A stretch of DNA of 64,000 nucleotides, taken from Candidatus Levyibacteriota bacterium (GTDB lineage Bacteria; Patescibacteriota; Microgenomatia; Levybacterales; UBA12049). Numbering within the stretch: position 1 is the first letter of the stretch; every line of letters begins with the position of its first letter. The position numbers and the translations under genes are program-made. Shown here in pieces: positions 40,096 through 48,499 of the stretch. The stretch covers positions 253,681 to 317,680 of the forward strand of contig CAWBPM010000003.1 of assembly GCA_963790825.1 (NCBI GenBank). The letters run 5' to 3'. The notes beneath the pieces were generated by a model. That model had not been told where the DNA came from, did not search any database, and worked only from the letters and a program-made list of their open reading frames with translations.

Positions 40096-41184
40096 ATGAC
40101 CATACCATTTTTTAGCATTCCGGTACTGTTGCCATTTTTTATTTCATTTATTATTACTACGGCGTTAACATATTTTTTAATTCCGCTGCTTAAAAAATAT
40201 GGTTTGATGGATGATCCAAAACTTCATCATCATCCGAATGTCATTCATACCATTCCCGTACCCCGGGGAGGCAGTATTCCGTTTTTCTTGGGTGCATTTA
40301 TTACTGCATTGTTTTTTTTACCGGTGAATCAAATCACTATTGCCGTATTTCTTGCCGGATTTTTAGCTCTTGCTGTCGGGGTGGTTGATGATAAATTAAA
40401 TGCACGGTCTCGAGACGTTTCTCCATATCTTCGTTTTTTTATTAATATTTTATGCGCTGTTATCGTTGTTGGAAGCGGAGTCAGTATTACCTTTATCACT
40501 AATCCATTTGGGGGAATTCTTCACTTGGATAAAATCATACTGCCTTTTCTTCCTATTCCGTTCTCGGTAATTATTTCCATAATATGGATTATCGGGGTTA
40601 TGAATATACTAAATTGGAGTAAGGGGGTAGATGGCCAGATGCCGGGAATTGTCGCAATTTCCGCAATAGTGGTCGGCATTCTAGCACTTCGCTTTACGAA
40701 TATAAACCATCTCGCTCCGATTGATGTAACGTTGTCTTTTATTATTGCAGGTTGCAGTCTGGGATTTTTAATCTTCAATTTTTATCCGCAGAAAATCATG
40801 CCGGGGTACGGCGCGACCGCAATTTATTTACTTCTGGCTGTTGTTTCTATGCTATCCAGTTCAAAATTAGCAACTGCAATTTTGGTGATGGGCGTTCCGA
40901 CAGTAGACGCATTGTTTACCATTGTCAGACGGATTTTTGCCGGAAAATCAATATTTTTTGGCGACAATAAACATCTGCATCATATTCTTCTGCGTTTGGG
41001 TTTCTCCAAAAGACAAGTAGCTGTATTTTACTGGATACTTTCAGGAATTTTAGGTATACTCTCCTTAACATTACAAAGCAAAAGTAAACTGTTCGCACTG
41101 GTCATGTTAATTGTCATAGTTTTCGGTATGTTACTTTTCTTACATTTTGTAGTAAAATATACTTGTGAAGAAACAAATACGTGA
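40096..41184 (+). CDS. polyprenyl-phosphate N-acetylhexosamine-1-phosphate transferase (WecA/TagO/MraY family, GT4)
   Basis: VGVVDDKLNARSRD (DDxxD), GVMNILNWSKGVDGQMPGI (NxxNxxDGxDG), VPTVDALFTIVRRIFAG (VFxxD-like) on a ~10-TM scaffold. Confidence 0.75.
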   Translation: MTIPFFSIPVLLPFFISFIITTALTYFLIPLLKKYGLMDDPKLHHHPNVIHTIPVPRGGSIPFFLGAFITALFFLPVNQITIAVFLAGFLALAVGVVDDKLNARSRDVSPYLRFFINILCAVIVVGSGVSITFITNPFGGILHLDKIILPFLPIPFSVIISIIWIIGVMNILNWSKGVDGQMPGIVAISAIVVGILALRFTNINHLAPIDVTLSFIIAGCSLGFLIFNFYPQKIMPGYGATAIYLLLAVVSMLSSSKLATAILVMGVPTVDALFTIVRRIFAGKSIFFGDNKHLHHILLRLGFSKRQVAVFYWILSGILGILSLTLQSKSKLFALVMLIVIVFGMLLFLHFVVKYTCEETNT

Positions 41185-42118
41185 TATACTCAGACTCCTT
41201 CGCCCCAGACAGTGGGTGAAAAATTTTGCTGTTTTCGCAACAATTATATTCAATGGCGGATTAACCGATATTACTGTCGTCCTCAATGTGTTCTATGGAT
41301 TTCTTATTTTTTGTGCAATATCAAGTGCAATTTACATTATCAACGATATTTTTGACATCGAGAAAGACAGACTGCATCCGTTTAAAAGATTTCGACCTTT
41401 GGCTCATAAAGATATAACAATATATTTCGCAGTGTCTCTGGCTTGCGTTTTGGGAATTGGCTCTTTATTAGGAAGCCTTGCTATTACACCGGCATTTTTT
41501 GCCATAACACTGGTATATCTTCTTTTACAATTGTCTTACTCCATGTTTCTTAAACACATTGCCGTTATTGATATTTTAGCGCTTGCCTCCGGATATATTC
41601 TCAGAGTCTATGCGGGAGAAGTAATCGGAGGGATAAAGTTCCATACGTCTGTTTGGCTTTTACTTACGGTTATCTCTCTTTCTCTCTTCTTAGCGGTCGG
41701 AAAAAGGAGACGGGAATTAACACTCGTTTCATCATCTATTGCGAATATCGCGGCAATCAGAAAAACATTATCCCATTATTCGGAGCGGTTACTGGATGTT
41801 TATTTATCTATTTTTGCAACATCTACGTTTATCTCCTATAGCCTCTTCACATTTTTAGGAAATTCCAGAAGTCTGACTGTTACAAATGATCTGTTATTAC
41901 CGGATTATCTTCCGGCTTACTTACAAAAAAAATGGCTTATGATTACCATAGTTCCTGTTGTATACGGGCTTATGCGCTATCTGCAGGATATTTATGAGAA
42001 ACATGAGGGCGAAAGTCCGGAGAGGGTGCTTTTTTCTGATAAATCGCTTCTCACGGCTATAGTGTTGTGGTTTATTTTAGTTATTTTTATTATCTACTTT
42101 ATCCAATCTGCAGTATAA
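41165..42118 (+). CDS. UbiA-family prenyltransferase, decaprenyl-phosphate 5-phosphoribosyltransferase-like
   Basis: AIYIINDIFDIEKDRLHPFKRFRPLA (NDxxDxxxD...RPLA signature of DPPR synthase-type UbiA enzymes), 8-9 TM helices. Confidence 0.65.
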   Translation: MKKQIRDILRLLRPRQWVKNFAVFATIIFNGGLTDITVVLNVFYGFLIFCAISSAIYIINDIFDIEKDRLHPFKRFRPLAHKDITIYFAVSLACVLGIGSLLGSLAITPAFFAITLVYLLLQLSYSMFLKHIAVIDILALASGYILRVYAGEVIGGIKFHTSVWLLLTVISLSLFLAVGKRRRELTLVSSSIANIAAIRKTLSHYSERLLDVYLSIFATSTFISYSLFTFLGNSRSLTVTNDLLLPDYLPAYLQKKWLMITIVPVVYGLMRYLQDIYEKHEGESPERVLFSDKSLLTAIVLWFILVIFIIYFIQSAV

Positions 42119-42119
42119 T

Positions 42120-43001
42120 TTACTGAATCTTTGCATACTGCGAACTGATCCAGCCGGTTTGTCCGTTCTGAAGTTTTATTTCAAACCAATCAGTAGTCTG
42201 CGAAATTAAAGGGTACGTCTCTCCCGGATGCACCCGGCCTATTTCACTTGACACAATACTACTATCAGAATGCACTCGTAAAAATCCAGTCGGAGTATCT
42301 AAAATAGTTACTTTCGCAGTCGGTGTCGGTGTAGGAGTTGCGGAAGATCCTGCTGTAGGAGTAGGGGTAATATCGACATTGCTGACTGCCAGATATACCA
42401 CTGCCTGCAGTTTGTAGCCGGCAGGAGTACGAATTCTGACAATTTTTTCACTATAACCGTTTTTCTTAAGTAGGAGTACATGGTCGGATGCAGTTGTGCT
42501 TTTTAAAAAATAGGGGGTTGTTCCTACATCATTTGAATCAAGCGTAACGTCTGCTTTATCCGGAAAAGATGAGACCATAAGCTCAGACGCATTCGGATCT
42601 GTCAGCGGAGTAAGTGAAATGACGCTTCCTTCTGAATATCCTGGTTTTCCAAATTCTCTATCAACAACGGTTAAAACAGATTTACTAATGGTTATTTTTT
42701 CAACGTAAGGTAAAAAGTTTTTATCGTTTGGCTCTAAACGCACGGTATAATCTCCCGAAGTCAGCATATTTTGACCGTCGCATTCACAAAGCGGTGTAAG
42801 ACCTATGTACTTATCGTTCAGATATACTTTACTGGCAGGCACAGACGTTACCTGCAATGCTCCTTTGTCGGAATTTCTCTCAATTATAAGCTGGAACAGG
42901 AGATAAATGATAACAGCAATAATAAGAGACGGAATAAGAATAAAAATAATTTTCTTCATTGGAATAGAAGTAATATAACACAGAACGAATAACCTTGACA
43001 A
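42120..43001 (-). CDS. membrane-anchored protein with PEGA-like and C-terminal SH3b-like domains
   Basis: N-terminal TM helix; VTSVPASKVYLNDKYIGLTP (PEGA-like); Thr/Pro linker TPTPTAGSSATPTPTPT; C-terminal GFLRVHSDSS...VHPGETYPLISQTTDWFEIKLQNGQTGWISSQY (SH3b-like). Confidence 0.5.
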   Translation of the reverse strand: MSRLFVLCYITSIPMKKIIFILIPSLIIAVIIYLLFQLIIERNSDKGALQVTSVPASKVYLNDKYIGLTPLCECDGQNMLTSGDYTVRLEPNDKNFLPYVEKITISKSVLTVVDREFGKPGYSEGSVISLTPLTDPNASELMVSSFPDKADVTLDSNDVGTTPYFLKSTTASDHVLLLKKNGYSEKIVRIRTPAGYKLQAVVYLAVSNVDITPTPTAGSSATPTPTPTAKVTILDTPTGFLRVHSDSSIVSSEIGRVHPGETYPLISQTTDWFEIKLQNGQTGWISSQYAKIQ

Positions 43002-43013
43002 TTATAAAGGGTT

Positions 43014-44549
43014 TTAATTTGCAGCGCCAGAAGCTTCTAAAAACCTTTTTTTTACAAATTCTTTATCGAGAGATAATAGTAGCCAGGCAGCTTTTGGTCC
43101 ATGGTTTTTGCCAAGCAAAACCGTATAAATTGCAGCGAATGTATCTTTTCCGCTAAGTTGTAACTGCTTGCCAATTTCATAAATACGTGCTTGAAATAAC
43201 TCCGCATCTTGCGTGTTGTTGAGTTCCGAGGCAAGTTTAGCTAGTAATTCTTTTTGTTTATCCGTCAGATTTTTTGCTGCAGCAGGCAATTCTTTTTGCA
43301 CGAAAAATTTCTCAGACTCCGGTGCATATTTCTCAAGCCAAATTCTGGCATATTTTGCCCACTCCCCAAGCCCCTCTTTTTTTATTTCCTCTTCCATGTT
43401 GGGCATCTGGATCCATTGGGCTAGAACTGAAAAACGGATTTTAGGCGGTTTTTTTATCTCATTAATTTGCGAAAGTTCAAAAATGCGGGCAAGATCATCA
43501 TTTGTTTTATTAAAATATGCGTCGGCTGCTTTTTGATAATCATCAAAAAGGCTTGGTATTGTGTCTTTTTCGCTCGGATCAAAATTAATTTGCGTATTCA
43601 CTTTAATCCGAACCATGAGAAAACGAATTAACTCAGGTGGTAGAATTTCCAGCATATCATTCGCAGCCGTTCCGACCCCACGGGAAGAAGACATTTTGCG
43701 CCCGCCGATTAAAAGCCACTCATAAGCAACCGCGTAAGGAACCGGATAATCAATAACTCTCTCGCAAACAAGTTTTGCCAGATCATGCGAGCCGCCTGAG
43801 GACATATGATCTTTCCCTGCCCCCTCAACCGTAACGCCGATCACCTTCCATTTTGCAGGCCATTCAACTTTCCAGGGAAGTTTTCCCGCCATGATCGATT
43901 TGCTGCTAAACGGTGAGGCACTCCCTTTTTTCCCGCAGCCTTTGGTCCATTTAACTCTGTCTACTTTGCATTCGTATGTAACTTCCTTTCCATCCCAATC
44001 TGTTATTTCGGATGTTGAAACTTTTCCGCAATTTGGACAATACAGCTGAAATGGATACCAATTGTTGGGAAGTTTTTTATCATACATTTCCTCATAAATT
44101 TTTCTGATTTCCGCAGCTTTATCTAAAACTTCTTTAATAACCGGGTTCATGCGTCCGCTGGTATACAGATCTTTCGTCCAAATTATTTCTGGTGTGCAGC
44201 CAATTACTCTAAAAACTTTTTCAAATTCTCCTGCATAAAATCTGGCGTAATTTTCAAATCCTTCCTCGGGAGATGGAATTCTAAAGAGAGGCATTCCTAA
44301 ATACTGTTCAAATTTTTCCCGAGGTAAATACGAGGGTATATCATCCATCGGGTCATGGTCTTCAAAAACATAGGTGAATTTTGCGGGAACTTTTATATCT
44401 TTGAGTGCTTTATAAAGCAGATCATGCACTATTACGCCGCGGAGTGCGCCGACATGAATTCTTCCCGATGGCGTTTTCATGTCATCGACCCATTCAAGCG
44501 GCAGTTTTCGTTCTTTTAATTTTTCCGCTACTTCATCCGCCCAAAACAT
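43014..44549 (-). CDS. lysK: class I lysyl-tRNA synthetase (archaeal-type LysRS-I)
   Basis: TPSGRIHVGALRG (HIGH-like), CPNCGK zinc motif, KMSSSRGVG (KMSKS-like); overall colinear with class I LysRS. Confidence 0.85.
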   Translation of the reverse strand: MFWADEVAEKLKERKLPLEWVDDMKTPSGRIHVGALRGVIVHDLLYKALKDIKVPAKFTYVFEDHDPMDDIPSYLPREKFEQYLGMPLFRIPSPEEGFENYARFYAGEFEKVFRVIGCTPEIIWTKDLYTSGRMNPVIKEVLDKAAEIRKIYEEMYDKKLPNNWYPFQLYCPNCGKVSTSEITDWDGKEVTYECKVDRVKWTKGCGKKGSASPFSSKSIMAGKLPWKVEWPAKWKVIGVTVEGAGKDHMSSGGSHDLAKLVCERVIDYPVPYAVAYEWLLIGGRKMSSSRGVGTAANDMLEILPPELIRFLMVRIKVNTQINFDPSEKDTIPSLFDDYQKAADAYFNKTNDDLARIFELSQINEIKKPPKIRFSVLAQWIQMPNMEEEIKKEGLGEWAKYARIWLEKYAPESEKFFVQKELPAAAKNLTDKQKELLAKLASELNNTQDAELFQARIYEIGKQLQLSGKDTFAAIYTVLLGKNHGPKAAWLLLSLDKEFVKKRFLEASGAAN

Positions 44550-44591
44550 AAGTGTATTATAAAGTAAAAGATGCTAATTAAAAATAGCTAA

Positions 44592-44942
44592 TTAGCTTTT
44601 CTCAAGAGTTACTGCTGTACCTCCGCCCAAAGAAATTGTTTGACTTTGCATAGGTCCGGATATACAAGTCGCTATGCCCACTCTATTTCGAGGTTGTCTC
44701 ACTGGTGTCTCAATTCTTTTAATTCTAACTGCGAAACTGCCCTGATTTGCTGTGTAAACAGTTACTGCTAAAGGCAGTTCTCTGGTTTTTATAACTACGT
44801 GTCCTTTTCGATTTATTCCTGATATTTCTTCAGTTGGTAACTGTACATTAGCAAGTTTAATCACTGATTTTCCATCAGGTCGATACCTCGGTGTATGATC
44901 AATATCTCTATAGTGCACGTTTTGTCGTTCCATATTTTCCAT
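44592..44942 (-). CDS. hypothetical protein
   Basis: 116-aa ORF; start lies 2 nt after the murB terminator T-tract, so the true start may be M4 (44933). Confidence 0.35.
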   Translation of the reverse strand: MENMERQNVHYRDIDHTPRYRPDGKSVIKLANVQLPTEEISGINRKGHVVIKTRELPLAVTVYTANQGSFAVRIKRIETPVRQPRNRVGIATCISGPMQSQTISLGGGTAVTLEKS

Positions 44943-44943
44943 T

Positions 44944-44964
44944 AAAAAACCCCTCCTGGAGGGG
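44944..44964 (-). terminator. rho-independent terminator downstream of murB
   Basis: Minus-strand hairpin CCCCTCC-AGG-AGGGG followed by TTTTTT (plus-strand AAAAAA 44944-44949 + CCCCTCCTGGAGGGG 44950-44964). Confidence 0.6.
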
Positions 44965-45094
44965 TTATATAAACTATTGATTATGTATTTTTACACGATC
45001 AATAACCCCTCCGAAGAGAGGTACTTCTTACTAAAATTAATTACTAAATTTCTTTGCATATGAAACAGTATAGCAAACAAAAGTTTTTTTGCAA

Positions 45095-46054
45095 CTACTG
45101 CACAATCTCTACTTCTGTTTCGGGAGTAAAGCCGAATGTTTCCTGGAATATTTCTTGGATCGTTGAAATAATTTGCTTCACGTCGGATGCTTTCGCACCT
45201 CCCAAATTATTTATAAAGTTTGCATGTTTCGTGGAAACTTCCGCATTGCCGATTCTGAAACCTGAAAATCCTAAACGATTATTCACGTATCCCATGGCTA
45301 TTTTCCCATGCCATTTGCCATCCACCATCTCTTTTATATCCGGCCAGACTGTAAGAATTTTTTCAATATTTTCTTTTCCGCTGATATTTTTAAATGTTGA
45401 GCCGGAATTGGGATAATCATGTGGATGATTTTTCTCCCGATACGCGATGTTTTTAAGGTAGGTTTGTTTTGCCTGTTCCAATTCCTGAGGCGAAGCGTTT
45501 TTAAGCTGCAGCGTAACTGAAACGATAAGCAAATTTTTATTCTCCTTTATCAAACTATGTCGGTAAGCAAAATGCAATTCATCTCTAAAATAGATTTTCT
45601 TTTTAAGAGTTTCCTTATCAATCGCCATAACCTGAACGATACTGTTTTTTATTTCTCCACTAAATGCTCCGACATTTCCCCGCACTGCAGCTCCAACTGT
45701 TCCCGGTAATCCTCCTGCCCATTCAAGACCGGTCAAGTGGTGAGAGAAGCCAAATTGAATTACGCTGTCAAGCGTTTCTCCGGCAAAAGATTTGATAAGG
45801 TTATCTTTTTCTAAAGTAATGTCTTTACCTTTCGGGTCTATCATTTGAATAACTACACCATCGAAATACGAATCCGTAAATAATAAGTTGGCGCCAATTC
45901 CGACGACAAAGATTTTGCTAATATTGTTTTTTTTAACAAAAGATACCGCGTCCAGAGCGTCCTGTTCGCCAGAACAAGCCAAAAGATATTTTGCTTTTCC
46001 TCCGATTTTATACCAAAGAATTTGGGAAAGATCAAAATCCCGATAGATTTGCAT
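45095..46054 (-). CDS. murB: UDP-N-acetylenolpyruvoylglucosamine reductase
   Basis: MQIYRDFDLSQILWYKIGGKAKYLL...VVGIGANLL FAD-binding N-domain and MurB C-terminal domain (GGLPGTVGAAVRGNVGAFSGEI). Confidence 0.85.
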   Translation of the reverse strand: MQIYRDFDLSQILWYKIGGKAKYLLACSGEQDALDAVSFVKKNNISKIFVVGIGANLLFTDSYFDGVVIQMIDPKGKDITLEKDNLIKSFAGETLDSVIQFGFSHHLTGLEWAGGLPGTVGAAVRGNVGAFSGEIKNSIVQVMAIDKETLKKKIYFRDELHFAYRHSLIKENKNLLIVSVTLQLKNASPQELEQAKQTYLKNIAYREKNHPHDYPNSGSTFKNISGKENIEKILTVWPDIKEMVDGKWHGKIAMGYVNNRLGFSGFRIGNAEVSTKHANFINNLGGAKASDVKQIISTIQEIFQETFGFTPETEVEIVQ

Positions 46055-46078
46055 AATAAGTGAGGTTATTGTATACCA

Positions 46079-46110
46079 CCTAGCCAGGTGCTGTACAGCA
46101 CCTGGCTAGG
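46079..46110. other. perfect 32-bp GC-rich palindrome CCTAGCCAGGTGCTGT|ACAGCACCTGGCTAGG in murB upstream/divergent intergenic region
   Basis: Read directly; 16+16 perfect inverted repeat, 25 bp upstream of murB start, in otherwise AT-rich spacer. Confidence 0.6.
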
Positions 46111-46273
46111 TTAGGCATTATATTTATTGTATTTTATTTGCAGAGAGGTATAGAGAATTTTTACAGAATTAGCAATTATATAGCCAAAAAACTGAAATCA
46201 ATTATAACTTAGACTCACCATTGTTAAGTCTCATAGTTGATTAAACCTATATTTTCTGATAGAATTCCTCAGT

Positions 46274-46666
46274 ATGGCAGAGAAAGAACCAAAAATTGAT
46301 CCCGACCAGGAAATGTATAGATCAGTAGATATCCTACAATCTTTGCAGGATTGTTATCGTTTTGAGCAGGATAAAGATCAAGTCCGCTTAATCTATCGAA
46401 TGGACCAAGGCAGAACAGCTGAAAAACATTTTGAGGTCGAGGATTTCTATAAAGCAGTTGACTATTATTATGAAAATCGCGAGCCTGAATCGCGCGTTGA
46501 CGCTGCAATGCAAAGACCAGATGGATTCGTAGATGTTTATTCTCCTATGAAAAGTCCTGGAGAAACAAGGGTCGTTGCAAGAATTAGAAATTATATGGTA
46601 CCTCAAATCTTAGAATTCGCTTATCTAATGCTGCGTCAAGATCAATTAAACAGCAGACAAAAATAG
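46274..46666 (+). CDS. hypothetical protein
   Basis: 130-aa ORF, acidic, no recognised motif. Confidence 0.35.
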   Translation: MAEKEPKIDPDQEMYRSVDILQSLQDCYRFEQDKDQVRLIYRMDQGRTAEKHFEVEDFYKAVDYYYENREPESRVDAAMQRPDGFVDVYSPMKSPGETRVVARIRNYMVPQILEFAYLMLRQDQLNSRQK

Positions 46667-46694
46667 TTTCTCCATATTTATTAGAGAAATTCTC

Positions 46695-48488
46695 TTATTC
46701 AGGTATTTCCGCTTCTGCGACGAGGTTTTCGGGAAGGCGGAACAGTCCTTCATCCAGTCTTTTTTGATCCAGGAAATGACTGATAAATCCAACTGAACGT
46801 GAGAGAACAAAAAGTGCGTTAAAGAACTCAGTTTCAACCAATTCCTGAAGTTTCGCATCGGAAAACCCTTCTTTTTCCGATAAAATATCCAGGAGAACTG
46901 CTGCGATCGCGCCGTCAACATTGAGAATTAAACTGCCTTTTTTCTCGGTGGTTATTTTTTCGACAGATTTTGCAAATGTCGTAAATCTTTTTTTCGGATA
47001 TTTCTCAACAAATTTAAGAACTGCAACTACACGGGGATCCGGTAAATCTATCCTGTATTTCCTGTGTCCAATTCCTGAGATGTATTGTTTTTTCAGAGCA
47101 AATTCTTCCACAAAATCACCTGGGAGGGTTCCTGATACTACACCGGTCAACCAATTTTCCGCTGCCTGATTAATCGCTCCGCCAAAACGGGGACCAATTG
47201 TTAACAACCCGGAAGCCAAAGAAGAAACCAAGTCCCGACCGGCTCTTGCAGTAATAATCGTATTTACCGCTCCTGAGACATACGGTCCGTGATCAACCAA
47301 GAGACGTAAGATAAAATCGACAAATGTTTCAAGTTCCCGTGAAACTTTTTTCTGGCCTAAAAACATCGAGATAGTAACTCCGGCAAAGGAGCGTGAATCA
47401 ACAAACGATAATAAATCTTCACCCAAAAGTGTTGCTTTTCCATCTTTATCACCTGAAATACTCGTGGTTATAAGTCCAGGCTGCCGATTTTGAAATTCTC
47501 TCAATATTGGTTCATAATTTTTTTCATCTGTTATCTCTTTCCCTTGGCAATTTTTTATCAGTGTTATAAATTCGCTAAACGTTTCCGCTACCTTTGCTCC
47601 GGCATTTTTCAAAGCAATGCGCTTGGCAGAGGCTGTTTCTCTGTCAGATTTTGCCATGGCTTTGGCGTGTCCAAATTGCGGCGGCTCTGAAAAAAGCTCG
47701 GCAATCGATCCGGCAATGTAACAAATTACTTCTTTCGTTACTTTTTTTTCTTTAAGTAGTGTCGCAAGTTCATATTCATCGGCTCCTCCTAATTCGCCGA
47801 AATAGATAATTGTTTTCGTTTTCGGATCTCTCTCAGCTTCTAAAAATGCCTCTCTGGGCGAAGTTATGGGAAAGCGGTCTCCGCCAAAAGAAAGAGCAAA
47901 TGATATGCGTCTACCCTGCTGAGTGACAATTCTGAGAAGCTCTCCTGTCATACCGCCGGAAGCGGAAAATACTGCCACATCACCCGGGGTAAATAAATGA
48001 GAAGCAATCAGCTGCCGGTAATCCACTCCGCCAATTGCACCAAGTTTTAAATGCCCTGGAAGAAGCAGGCCGACACTTGCAGGACCAATTAGAAATTTTT
48101 TTAGTTGTTTTGCCTTGTGATATAAACTAATTGCATGTTTTTCAGGAACATTTTCAGCAAAAATTACGCCGCCCAGTATATTCGGGCAGGAATCTAAGAT
48201 CTCTTCTGTACTTGTCAAAACCCGGCGCGGCGATAAGAGATTAAGAAAAAATGCTTTTTGACCGCGCAAATCCGTAGGAACATCCTGAATTGTCTTATAC
48301 ATCGGGAGCAGGATTTCCTGTTTTCCCCAAAAAAATCGCGCGAATCGTCTACCTGAAGCTATCAAATACAAAATACTCGGACTTCTGCCCGAAAGATAAT
48401 CAAAATCCAATATCGACTGGATGATCGGATAATTGCCTAAGACAACAATTTTTGTTTCTTTTTTTCGAATTTCTTCAAGATTAATCAT
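46695..48488 (-). CDS. aclA: ATP-citrate lyase large subunit (CoA-binding + CoA-ligase + citrate-synthase-like domains)
   Basis: SCS-alpha-like region with phosphohistidine motif QFGHAKAMA; C-terminal citrate-synthase-like GIGHRKYRIDLPDPRV; 597 aa. Confidence 0.7.
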   Translation of the reverse strand: MINLEEIRKKETKIVVLGNYPIIQSILDFDYLSGRSPSILYLIASGRRFARFFWGKQEILLPMYKTIQDVPTDLRGQKAFFLNLLSPRRVLTSTEEILDSCPNILGGVIFAENVPEKHAISLYHKAKQLKKFLIGPASVGLLLPGHLKLGAIGGVDYRQLIASHLFTPGDVAVFSASGGMTGELLRIVTQQGRRISFALSFGGDRFPITSPREAFLEAERDPKTKTIIYFGELGGADEYELATLLKEKKVTKEVICYIAGSIAELFSEPPQFGHAKAMAKSDRETASAKRIALKNAGAKVAETFSEFITLIKNCQGKEITDEKNYEPILREFQNRQPGLITTSISGDKDGKATLLGEDLLSFVDSRSFAGVTISMFLGQKKVSRELETFVDFILRLLVDHGPYVSGAVNTIITARAGRDLVSSLASGLLTIGPRFGGAINQAAENWLTGVVSGTLPGDFVEEFALKKQYISGIGHRKYRIDLPDPRVVAVLKFVEKYPKKRFTTFAKSVEKITTEKKGSLILNVDGAIAAVLLDILSEKEGFSDAKLQELVETEFFNALFVLSRSVGFISHFLDQKRLDEGLFRLPENLVAEAEIPE

Positions 48489-48499
48489 ATTTTTATTCG

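Noticed and set aside
44565-44598. AGCTAATTAGCT palindrome overlapping the stop of the 116-aa gene, as terminator upstream of lysK
   Set aside because: Stem is AT-rich and short with almost no loop; flanking A/T runs are typical of the genome. Not confident enough to list as a terminator.
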